Below are positions 51,744-60,409 of a stretch of DNA of 64,000 nucleotides, in pieces. Origin of the DNA: an uncultured Veillonellaceae bacterium. Its GTDB lineage: Bacteria > Bacillota > Negativicutes > JARBTT01. Position 1 is the stretch's first letter. Each line of letters begins with the position of its first letter. The position numbers were made by a program, and so were the translations under genes. The notes under the pieces were generated by a model. It made no database searches and was not told where the DNA came from. It saw only the letters and a list, made by a program, of their open reading frames with translations. The stretch is taken from positions 576,001-640,000 of the forward strand of contig CAWDTA010000005.1 in the NCBI GenBank assembly GCA_963805085.1, written 5' to 3'.

Positions 51744-52358
51744 ATGGCACAAATAAAGCAGAAAATTGGTATTATGGGGGGAACGTTTGACCCTATTCAT
51801 GTAGGACATCTCGTTACAGCGGAAGCAGTACGTAATGAATATGGTTTGGATAAGGTCCTGTTTATACCAGCGGCCAATCCACCTCATAAACAGAATCAAA
51901 AAGTTACGCCAGCAATTCATCGCTATATTATGACAGCTATGGCAACATATTCTAATCCTTATTTCCATGTCTCATCAATCGAATTAGACCGTCCGGGTCC
52001 ATCATATACGATTGACACCATCTATGAATTGATTGATAAATTTGGACCACAAACGGAAATATATTTTATTACGGGTGCAGATGCGATTCAAGAGATTCCA
52101 ACATGGGATAGGATTGAAGAACTTTTAGGATTATGTCAGTTTATAGCGGCAACTAGGCCTGGTTGTGTACCTAGTGTAGATAACATTAAAGAATACTTTG
52201 GTGAATTAGGTGGGAGTCGTATTCATCGTTTGAATACACCTGAACTTGAGATATCATCTACAGATATTCGGGCGCGTATCAAAAATGCGTGTTCAATTAA
52301 ATATATCGTACCGGAAAGCGTCGAGAATTATATTATTAAAGAAGGCTTGTATTTGTAA
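51744..52358 (+). CDS. nadD: Nicotinate-nucleotide adenylyltransferase
   Basis: GGTFDPIHVGH, SYTIDT, GAD, ISSTDIR. Confidence 0.96.
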   Translation: MAQIKQKIGIMGGTFDPIHVGHLVTAEAVRNEYGLDKVLFIPAANPPHKQNQKVTPAIHRYIMTAMATYSNPYFHVSSIELDRPGPSYTIDTIYELIDKFGPQTEIYFITGADAIQEIPTWDRIEELLGLCQFIAATRPGCVPSVDNIKEYFGELGGSRIHRLNTPELEISSTDIRARIKNACSIKYIVPESVENYIIKEGLYL

Positions 52359-52445
52359 GTGGCAAATAAAGGCAGGCATATTTTTTATGGATTGGCAAAT
52401 AATTATATTGCAGGTGCAAAGTCCATAGAAAGAGAGGTGAACGAT

Positions 52446-52697
52446 ATGACAAAAACTCTCTATGTCGGCAATCTACCATGGTCAACTACCGATACTGCTT
52501 TAAGTGAAGCATTTGGCGAATATGGCAGCGTAGTATCAAGTAGAATTATTACTGACCGAGAAACTGGTCGTTCAAGAGGTTTTGGTTTCGTTGAAGTTGA
52601 TGATAGTGATGTAGATACTATAGTGTCTGCAATGAATGGTTCAGACTTTGACGGTCGTCAAATTGTAGTCAATGAAGCGAAAGCTAGACAAGACTAG
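52446..52697 (+). CDS. RRM RNA-binding protein
   Basis: LYVGNL (RNP2), RGFGFVE (RNP1); ATG after GAGGTG. Confidence 0.92.
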   Translation: MTKTLYVGNLPWSTTDTALSEAFGEYGSVVSSRIITDRETGRSRGFGFVEVDDSDVDTIVSAMNGSDFDGRQIVVNEAKARQD

Positions 52698-52862
52698 AGC
52701 ATAATGTGAAGCCTTCTGTGATATCGTAGTTTTAGAGTAAAGATATGGTATTATTAATCTTTCAAGACTATGACTATTTTTAGAAGGCTTTTTGTTTGCT
52801 TTTATTTATTGCAGGATATTAATAACATTTAGCGAATTTTAGCATAAAGAAGGTGATTTTAT

Positions 52863-53426
52863 ATGGATTATGCAGAGTGCAAGGCTGTTTTATCAACCAA
52901 ACTTACAAAAGAACGTTATAAACATTCGCTAGCTGTAAGTAGTACTGCTGAACAATTGGCAAAGCGATTTGGCGTTTCTTCGGAAAAAGCAAAATTAGCG
53001 GGTCTAATGCATGACTGCGCAAGAGAATTTCCGACGAAGAATTTTATTGAAATTGCAGAAAGTATGAAGATTCCCGTGGGGGAAATAGAACATCATGCAC
53101 CGATTTTATTACATGCCCATATTGGGGCAAAGTTGATTAAATCGGAGTACCAAATTGACGATGAAGAAGTTCAAGCTGCAATTTGTTTACATACAACTGG
53201 TGGAAAAAATATGACTAAATTGGATAAAATTATTTACCTAGCAGATTTGATTGAACCCAACCGTGAGTTTAGTGAAGTTACTTATTTAAGAGAACTAGCA
53301 GAAAAAAATTTGGACCGAGCATTGTTTGAGGCTTTTAATCAATCCATTCTGCATGTAATCAAAGGAAACCAAGTTGTGCATCCATATACAATTATTGCTC
53401 GTAATGAAATGCTGCTAAAGGAATAG
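52863..53426 (+). CDS. yqeK: HD-domain Ap4A hydrolase
   Basis: RYKHS, LMHDCAR, LLH, HTTG, YLAD.IEP; synteny. Confidence 0.9.
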   Translation: MDYAECKAVLSTKLTKERYKHSLAVSSTAEQLAKRFGVSSEKAKLAGLMHDCAREFPTKNFIEIAESMKIPVGEIEHHAPILLHAHIGAKLIKSEYQIDDEEVQAAICLHTTGGKNMTKLDKIIYLADLIEPNREFSEVTYLRELAEKNLDRALFEAFNQSILHVIKGNQVVHPYTIIARNEMLLKE

Positions 53427-53432
53427 TTTTTA

Positions 53433-54443
53433 ATGAGAAATGATAGGGAAGTAAAAGATAGCAAGGGTAGTCCAAAGAAAAAACGCCGGATTTGTTGGGG
53501 CAGAATATTTATTTTTATCATAATACTAAGTTCTATTATTGGAACATTGGCATGGGCATCCTATAGTGCATATGTTGTGCTCAAAGATGTTTATACTAGC
53601 TATAGTATGATTTTCGACGAATTTCAAAAGAAAGAAGAAGTGCAGACTAAGTTCCAAAATGAAAAATTTAATAATTATACTAATGTACTGTTAGTGGGAA
53701 TTGATGATGGTGATAAGGATATTGAAGGTTCGCCTAGGCACGCTGATAGTGTCATTTTAATAAGTATTCATCATACCGATGGGAGTATTCGAATCTTGTC
53801 CATTCCTTGTGATACGCAAGTAAGTATTCCGGGGCGGCAGGAGCTAGATACCGTTAAGCAATCGTATTTCTATGGTGGAACGCAATTACTGCTTAGGACG
53901 GTAGAAGAATTTTTACAAATACCAATCAATCAGTTTATTGTCGTTGATAGTAAAAGCTTTATTGATATGATGGATAGCCTGGGGGGACTGGACCTTTATG
54001 TAGAAAATGATATGGATTATGAGGACCCTTCTGCAGAATTTCAAATTCATTTAAAGAAAGGTTTTCAACATTTAGATGGTAATGCAGCAGATCAATATGT
54101 TCGTTATTGTAGTGATGAACTTGGTGATGTTGGCAGAGTTCAAAGGCAGCAGCGTTTTTTGAAAGCTTTTTTTTCAGAAATGATTCATACTGATAAGCTG
54201 ACCAGAATTCCGAATTGCATTAAGGTTGCTAATAATCAGGTTATGACGAGTTTCGCAATGCTTGATGCAGTGCATTTAATGAAAAACTTAAAAAGCTTTA
54301 GTCCGGAACTTGTCAAAACAGAAATGCTTCCGGGAACCTTGGTGAATGTGAAGTATTGGCAGCCGGATCAAGTCGCCATACAACAGGTTTTAGCTGCTAT
54401 GTTTAAAGATGAAGCAAATGATCAAAATAGTATAACAAAATAA
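53433..54443 (+). CDS. LCP (LytR-CpsA-Psr) family protein with degenerate active site
   Basis: Basic N-terminus plus TM; NVLLVGID, LSIP(C)DT, HLDG, GDVGRVQRQQ. Confidence 0.85.
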   Translation: MRNDREVKDSKGSPKKKRRICWGRIFIFIIILSSIIGTLAWASYSAYVVLKDVYTSYSMIFDEFQKKEEVQTKFQNEKFNNYTNVLLVGIDDGDKDIEGSPRHADSVILISIHHTDGSIRILSIPCDTQVSIPGRQELDTVKQSYFYGGTQLLLRTVEEFLQIPINQFIVVDSKSFIDMMDSLGGLDLYVENDMDYEDPSAEFQIHLKKGFQHLDGNAADQYVRYCSDELGDVGRVQRQQRFLKAFFSEMIHTDKLTRIPNCIKVANNQVMTSFAMLDAVHLMKNLKSFSPELVKTEMLPGTLVNVKYWQPDQVAIQQVLAAMFKDEANDQNSITK

Positions 54444-54504
54444 TTTTTAGCGATACTTCTTATCATAACGATAACTATAATAAAAATTTTTTAGGAGGAA
54501 TTAT

Positions 54505-54855
54505 ATGTTTAATACAACAGAAGAGATGAGTAAAGCAATTGCAGAGGCTGCGAGCAATAAAAAAGCAAGAGATATTGTTATTTTAGATATGACGAAATTA
54601 ACGATGGCAACAGATTATTTTATTATCTGTAGTGCGACATCGACTACGCAAGTCAAGGGGATTGCTGATAATATTGAAGATGAATTAGCGGAAAAAGGTG
54701 TGTTCTTTACCCATAAAGAAGGGTATCGTGAAGGCAACTGGATATTGCTTGATTATGGTGACTGCGTTGCGCATATATTCATTGATGAGGATAGACAGTT
54801 CTACAATTTAGAGCGATTATGGGCGGATGCACCAACAACGCATTATGAGGATTAA
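54505..54855 (+). CDS. rsfS: Ribosome silencing factor
   Basis: KKARDI, DYFIICS, WILLDYGD, FYNLERLW. Confidence 0.95.
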   Translation: MFNTTEEMSKAIAEAASNKKARDIVILDMTKLTMATDYFIICSATSTTQVKGIADNIEDELAEKGVFFTHKEGYREGNWILLDYGDCVAHIFIDEDRQFYNLERLWADAPTTHYED

Positions 54856-54863
54856 AATTTACT

Positions 54864-55736
54864 ATGGAAAATAATGAAATAATAAAATTAAAACCAAGCA
54901 CTGTTGAAACTTTAAAAGTTGTTAGAGCCAGTGAAATGGGTGCATTTTTAGATGCGATGACGGGAAATACTTCTGATGATATCTTGCTTCATAAAACGCA
55001 GCAAACCAGTAGCGTTGAAATTGGCGATGAAGTCGAAGTGTTTCTATACCTAGATCCGAAAGGGCGTTTGACGGCAAGTATGCGAACCCCAAAAATGAGA
55101 GAAGGCCAAATTGCTAGAGTTAAAATTATCAATGTTAGCAAAGATGGTGCTTTCGTTGATGTGGGGGCAGAACGTGGTATTTTCATGCCATATGCCGGAA
55201 TGCGTGGTAAATTACAAATTGGTGAAGTCGTATGGTCAAAATTATATACTGATAAATCAGGGAGACTTGCGGTGACGATGGAGGTCGAAGATGAGCTTCG
55301 GCGTGCCTCAAAACCAGCAGAAGTCAATGTTGGCGATATGGTCCATGGGACTGTTTACAACTATACCGATCAGGGGGCTTTCATCTTTACGGATGATCGC
55401 AATATTGCTTTTATGGATAATTGTGAAATTCCTGTAAGACCTAAGGTTGGACAAGAAATAACAGCGCGTGTTACCTTTTTACGCGAAGATGGTCGGATTA
55501 ACGTCTCTATGCGACCAATCAAAGAAAAAGCAATCTCAGTGGATGCTGAGAAAATTTTAAATTTGTTAAATGATCGTGATGGTAAAATGCCATACAGTGA
55601 TACAACTTCACCAGAAGTAATAAAAGAAAAGTTTAATATTAGTAAAGCGGCCTTTAAACGGGCGATTGGGTCACTAATTAAAAGTGGAGAAATCGAGCAA
55701 CGTGACGGTTGGACCTATTTAAAAGATGAACAATAA
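54864..55736 (+). CDS. cvfB: CvfB-family S1 RNA-binding protein
   Basis: Repeated GAF S1 motifs; C-terminal SPE.IK..F.ISKAAFKRAIG.L winged helix. Confidence 0.88.
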   Translation: MENNEIIKLKPSTVETLKVVRASEMGAFLDAMTGNTSDDILLHKTQQTSSVEIGDEVEVFLYLDPKGRLTASMRTPKMREGQIARVKIINVSKDGAFVDVGAERGIFMPYAGMRGKLQIGEVVWSKLYTDKSGRLAVTMEVEDELRRASKPAEVNVGDMVHGTVYNYTDQGAFIFTDDRNIAFMDNCEIPVRPKVGQEITARVTFLREDGRINVSMRPIKEKAISVDAEKILNLLNDRDGKMPYSDTTSPEVIKEKFNISKAAFKRAIGSLIKSGEIEQRDGWTYLKDEQ

Positions 55737-55872
55737 TTTATTGGTAATATGTGTTGGTTAATGCAGGAATTTATCGAAAGCATAGCGAACATTACACTAT
55801 AATTGGTAATTGATGAATTTTTTAAATAATTGGATAAATATTTGAATTTGCAATTGAGGTGGAGGAGCTTAT

Positions 55873-56814
55873 ATGAGTGATAATAAGGTTGTAGATAAAA
55901 AAGGTATATTATTAGAAACGGGTACCAATGAATTTGAAATTGTAGAATTTAATATTGGTGCAGTCAATTATGGTATTAATGTTGCAAAAGTCCGTGAAGT
56001 TATCACTAGGGTACCTGTAACGAAGATGCCACAGGTACATCCTTATGTAGATGGTTTATTTACATTACGTGGTCGTGTGATGCCACTCGTTAATTTACCA
56101 CGTTGTTTAAAAGAAGGTGGCGAGCAAGAACCTAAAAACATTATTGTAACAGAAATTAATGGCTACAATATGGGTTTTTTAGTTGACAATGTATCACGAA
56201 TTCACCGTATTTCTTGGACGGATATGGAGCCAGCACCAAATGTCGGTGATAATGCAATGGTAGTTGGTGTTATCAAAATGGCAGATAAAATTGTTCTGTT
56301 ATTAGATTTTGAAAAAATTATTGCGGAAATTAATCCTGAAGTTAACGTCAAACTTTCAACGTTTGAAGAGGCTAAGGATGAGGTGAAAGGTCAACGTGAA
56401 AATCAGAAAATTATTGTAGCCGAAGATTCGCCAATGCTTCGTGAATTATTGGTTGGTACGTTACATTCCGCTGGATATAATTTGGTTAGAGATTTTAGTA
56501 ATGGTAAATTAGCCTGGGAAGCTTTAGCCGCTATTGCTGAAAGTGATAAGCCAGTAGAAGAGGATGTTAGCATTGTAATTTCTGATATTGAGATGCCACA
56601 AATGGATGGGCATCATTTGTTAACATTAATTCGTGCTGATAAGAAATTGCGTGAATTACCAGTTGTGTTCTTCTCATCTTTAATCAATGAAGAGACGCGT
56701 CGTAAAGGTGATACGATTGGGGCCAATGGTCAAATTTCTAAACCAGAAATTGGTCAGTTAATTACCTTGATTGATAAATTAATCTTTGGTGAAGAAAAGG
56801 CTGAAGCAATCTAA
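55873..56814 (+). CDS. cheV: Chemotaxis protein CheV (CheW-REC)
   Basis: ILLETGTNE, YGINVAKVRE, LDFEKI, AEDS, SDIEMPQMDG. Confidence 0.92.
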   Translation: MSDNKVVDKKGILLETGTNEFEIVEFNIGAVNYGINVAKVREVITRVPVTKMPQVHPYVDGLFTLRGRVMPLVNLPRCLKEGGEQEPKNIIVTEINGYNMGFLVDNVSRIHRISWTDMEPAPNVGDNAMVVGVIKMADKIVLLLDFEKIIAEINPEVNVKLSTFEEAKDEVKGQRENQKIIVAEDSPMLRELLVGTLHSAGYNLVRDFSNGKLAWEALAAIAESDKPVEEDVSIVISDIEMPQMDGHHLLTLIRADKKLRELPVVFFSSLINEETRRKGDTIGANGQISKPEIGQLITLIDKLIFGEEKAEAI

Positions 56815-56954
56815 AAAAATATTTCATATATAAGAGGCAAGCGGTTAATGGATATTAGTCGCTTGCCTCTTATATATGCATAATTTTAATGAGATAGATG
56901 GATAAATAAATTTAGAGCATTTGTTTATACTACCTTATTAGGAGGTGGAATGAA

Positions 56955-57149
56955 ATGCATAATCAAGATATAAAATGCATGCTTGAAACTACATTAGAAG
57001 ATAAACAAGAGCATGTGAGAGACTATCAGGAATTTGCTGATAAAATTTATGATAGTGAGAGTGAAATTGCTAAGATGTTTAAACATTTCGCTGAGGGAGA
57101 AGCTCTTCATGCAGTAAAATTAAAAGAGGCGTTAGACAAATTGGTTTAA
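56955..57149 (+). CDS. Small ferritin/rubrerythrin-like two-helix protein
   Basis: Strong AGGAGG RBS; QEHVRDY...FAEGEALHA (ExxH). Confidence 0.7.
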   Translation: MHNQDIKCMLETTLEDKQEHVRDYQEFADKIYDSESEIAKMFKHFAEGEALHAVKLKEALDKLV

Positions 57150-57192
57150 ATAAGAAAGAGAACAATTTAGAAAATTGTTCTCTTTCTTATTT
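57149..57192. terminator. Probable bidirectional terminator between the small CDS and the tRNA operon
   Basis: AAATAAGAAAGAGAACAATT/AATTGTTCTCTTTCTTATTT perfect stem. Confidence 0.7.
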
Positions 57193-57238
57193 TTAGGCAA
57201 TAAAAAAACTCACATAAAATGTGAGTTTAAATAACGAA

Positions 57239-57315
57239 TGGTGGCGGCGCAGAGATTCGAACTCCGGACACTGCGGGTATGAACCGCATGCTCTAGCCAA
57301 CTGAGCTACGCCGCC
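57239..57315 (-). tRNA. tRNA-Met(CAT), elongator type
   Basis: Reverse complement GGCGGCGTAGCTCAG...GCGGTTCATACCCGC...GTTCGAATC...CCA; paired 1-72. Confidence 0.93.
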
Positions 57316-57318
57316 GAA

Positions 57319-57403
57319 TGGTGGATGGGGTTGGATTCGAACCAACGAAGGCGGAGCCGGCAGATTTACAGTCTGCTCCCTTTAGCCACTCGGGAACCCA
57401 TCC
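57319..57403 (-). tRNA. tRNA-Tyr(GTA)
   Basis: Reverse complement GCAGA-CTGTAAA-TCTGC arm, long variable arm, CCA. Confidence 0.96.
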
Positions 57404-57413
57404 ATTATTTAAC

Positions 57414-57489
<76 letters not shown>

Positions 57490-57509
57490 ACGTCTTAACG
57501 ACAATATTT

Positions 57510-57538
57510 ATTATAGGGTAATATCTAAAATGAGTCAA
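57510..57538 (-). promoter_or_regulatory. Sigma-A promoter of the Thr-Tyr-Met tRNA operon
   Basis: Minus strand TTGACT-17nt-TATAAT. Confidence 0.8.
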
Positions 57539-57727
57539 TAGATTTTTTGAAAAAAATTTAGCAGTTTATAAATTAATTTTATATTATTTTAGATTTATCA
57601 GAATTTATTGTATTTTATAAGTGAGCATAAAAGGAGAATGATTGCTGTGTGACGAATTTAGAAATATAGATAAAAAGTTAAATAGTTAAATAGTTAAAGA
57701 ATATTTTAGTAGAAAGTGATAAAAAAA

Positions 57728-58297
57728 ATGGCGCAAAAAAGTATTTGTGAAATATTATTTAAAGATAGTGTAATTATACCTTCAGTTAGAAATGTTGATG
57801 ATTTTAAATTTGCTTTGGCACATACGAAATCTGCAAGTATCATATTATTATTTGGTGATATTATTGTATTACCCTCCATCCTTCAAGAAGCTAAGAAATA
57901 TAATAAACGGGTTTTGGTGCATTTGGACTTGATTGGTGGTATTGGTAAAGATCGTTCTGGGATTCGATATCTCGCTAGGTTGGGTGTTAATAGTGCCATT
58001 ACAACAAAACCACAATTGGTTAAGTTTGCTCGTGAAGAAGGTATGATTGTTATCCAAAGATTATTTGTGATGGACTCAGAAGCTTTAAAATCTGGGATTA
58101 ACTTACTTAAAAGCTGCAATCCAGATGCCGTCGAAGTATTACCGGCTTCTATTCCTAAAAAAATTATTGATCAATTGGTAAAAGAAATAGGATTACCGGT
58201 GTTGGCGGGTGGTTTGATGCATACGATGGAAGACATAGAAACTGCCTTGAAAAATGGTGCGCAGGCAGTTAGTACCAGTAAGAAAGAGTTATGGTAA
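57728..58297 (+). CDS. glpP: Glycerol-3-phosphate-responsive antiterminator family protein
   Basis: VHLDLIGG, ITTK, IQRLF..DS, PDAVEVLP, AGGL, AVSTS...LW. Confidence 0.9.
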   Translation: MAQKSICEILFKDSVIIPSVRNVDDFKFALAHTKSASIILLFGDIIVLPSILQEAKKYNKRVLVHLDLIGGIGKDRSGIRYLARLGVNSAITTKPQLVKFAREEGMIVIQRLFVMDSEALKSGINLLKSCNPDAVEVLPASIPKKIIDQLVKEIGLPVLAGGLMHTMEDIETALKNGAQAVSTSKKELW

Positions 58298-58411
58298 TTG
58301 AACTAAAATGTGTTTAGTAAAGAGATGATAAGAAATTTGTGGACTGAAAATAAATATGCAAAAACAAAGAAGCTATTGTAAAAATAAAATACAATAGCTT
58401 CTTTGTTTAGT

Positions 58412-59227
58412 TTATGAATTTTTTAATTTATTTTTTTTAGTAACAGAGATAGGGGGCTGTTTCCCTTTGTAACCGCAGTAAATAAAACAGGCTAGCCCAA
58501 TAAAGAATACGAGTAAACTTGTCATTTGCGCGGATTTTAGAGATAATCCTAAGACTTGGTTAGTGTAATCACCACGTAAATATTCTAAAAAGAAGCGGGC
58601 GACTGAATATAACATGGTATAGAGAATAAAAGCTTGACCTTTTGCGTGAGAAGTTGTGCGGAAGATAAGAAGAATAGCAAATATGACGATATCAAGCTGT
58701 CCTTCCCAAATTTCTGCTGGCCACAAGGGTTGTCCACCATAGGTTTGATAGGCAAGTGTTGTTACTGGATAGATAATGCCATAAGAGGTTCCCGTTGGCG
58801 CTCCGAAAGCATCACCATTTAGCAGATTGGCAATGCGCCCAATCGATTGTCCTAAGATTATTGCTGGCGCCATGATATCTGCCAATGCCCAAGTGTCAAT
58901 ATTGTGACGTTTGGTGTAAATGATACCAACAATCGCCCCGAGTACGATGCCACCTTGAATTGCCATGCCACCTTGCCATACATTAAATATCTCAGTAATG
59001 TGATGTTGATAATAACCCCAATCGAAAAAAAACACATCCCACAATCTCGCCCCAATGATACCGCCAAGTCCGCAATAAATGCCCATATCAACGATGTGAT
59101 CTTGCCATCTACCATCTTGTTTTGCCAAGAAATATGCTACGCCAGTCGCGAGGATAATACTCATACTAAGTACTAGCCCATAGGCACGAATGGGAAAGTC
59201 ACCGATGAAAAAAAGATACTGATACAT
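58412..59227 (-). CDS. lgt: Prolipoprotein diacylglyceryl transferase
   Basis: IRAYG, GARL, WQGGMAIQGG, GQSIGRIANLLNGDAFG, RFFLEYLRGD. Confidence 0.93.
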   Translation of the reverse strand: MYQYLFFIGDFPIRAYGLVLSMSIILATGVAYFLAKQDGRWQDHIVDMGIYCGLGGIIGARLWDVFFFDWGYYQHHITEIFNVWQGGMAIQGGIVLGAIVGIIYTKRHNIDTWALADIMAPAIILGQSIGRIANLLNGDAFGAPTGTSYGIIYPVTTLAYQTYGGQPLWPAEIWEGQLDIVIFAILLIFRTTSHAKGQAFILYTMLYSVARFFLEYLRGDYTNQVLGLSLKSAQMTSLLVFFIGLACFIYCGYKGKQPPISVTKKNKLKNS

Positions 59228-59552
59228 ATTTCCTCCTAAAATTTTCATAGTTATGTCAATGTCTGATTAATATTATAGGAGATAATTTCGTAATAAGCAA
59301 TTCAACGGTCAAAGATTGATCTAAAAAGGTTTAGTAAAACAAGTAAGTTATAAATGTGAAAAACTAATCAGTTGGGCAGAACATGCTGAGATTTGTTTTA
59401 GATGAGCAAATTATATTGGAATTGTTAATTTTATTATGCTTACAATTCGCAATATAAAAATAATAAAAGTAGGGATACCGTTTATAGTATTCCTACTTTT
59501 GCTAATGTAAATTTGAAGGGGATACAAGAAAATAGCTTTTAAAGGAGAATAG

Positions 59553-59948
59553 TTACTTTACCGAGGCAGTCCATTCCTCAAAAGCTTTCAAGAGTTCCTC
59601 CTTGGTTTCACTGACAGTTCCACCATGCCATTCCTGTCCAGTATCATTGTCATACCAGGTTTCTTTGGTGCCGTAAGTTTCTGTTGGTAACAGTTTTTCA
59701 TTGACTGCACTCAGCATGCCGTCAAGTAGACTTTGTTTTAAACTTTTTCGTAGTAGTTTTGCGCCAGCTCTTTCGGTGGTGTTCACTTCGATGCCATCAT
59801 CAGAAGCATTGACTTCGATGTGACTAAGCAATTTGTTTTCATTGTTTGCTGTTAAAATAGCTTGTCTAGCTGCGTTAATTGCTTGGTCATGTGAAATGCT
59901 ATCGTCAATGACACTGATTCTGACATTGCCAATAATAAATTTGTACAT
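59553..59948 (-). CDS. Hypothetical protein (131 aa)
   Basis: AAGGAGG RBS; natural protein-like composition; hairpin downstream at about 59465-59500. Confidence 0.75.
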   Translation of the reverse strand: MYKFIIGNVRISVIDDSISHDQAINAARQAILTANNENKLLSHIEVNASDDGIEVNTTERAGAKLLRKSLKQSLLDGMLSAVNEKLLPTETYGTKETWYDNDTGQEWHGGTVSETKEELLKAFEEWTASVK

Positions 59949-60157
59949 AAAATCGCCTCCTTATGGGATTAATAAATCTTATGCAGATTAAAATCAGATA
60001 GAACAAAACAATTCACCAAGATAGCTTTTATTTTCCAATAGATCGTGGCGTGATCTTTAAAAATCATGCGAAAATATTGACTTTAAAAGATTAGATACGA
60101 TATAATGATAAATAGTAATTTTGTGGTTATTATAATATTACATATTTTAAGCATATT

Positions 60158-60346
60158 GAACTGATGAGATAGAGTAGTAAGCTAGAAGAGCAGTAGCAGA
60201 AAACTGGCGGTTGATGCAAGCCACACTGTAATTTAGTTGAACTCGCTATGGAGGTTATAAAAATAAAGAGAGGGTGGCTATGGCCACCAATCAGGGTGGT
60301 ACCGCGATATAATCGTCCTTGGCTTATGCCAGGGGATTTTTATTTT
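60158..60346 (+). promoter_or_regulatory. T-box riboswitch (Leu) upstream of leuS
   Basis: AGTA and GGTTGATGCAA stem I motifs; CTC specifier 60242-60244; AGGGTGGTACCGCG; terminator with U tract; promoter TTGACT 60077 / TATAAT 60101. Confidence 0.88.
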
Positions 60347-60409
60347 TTATCATAGAATTTTAATTAAGATAGCATCTTTATGATTGCTAATATTCAAGGA
60401 GGCACAGGG

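Noticed and set aside
55737-55872. c-di-GMP riboswitch upstream of cheV
   Set aside because: A GAAA is present, but the paired stems and other conserved elements are not; better explained as a SigH-like promoter.
59383-59457. 24-aa hydrophobic ORF MLRFVLDEQIILELLILLCLQFAI as a possible type I toxin
   Set aside because: No RBS and no antisense partner; expected by chance in T-rich intergenic DNA.
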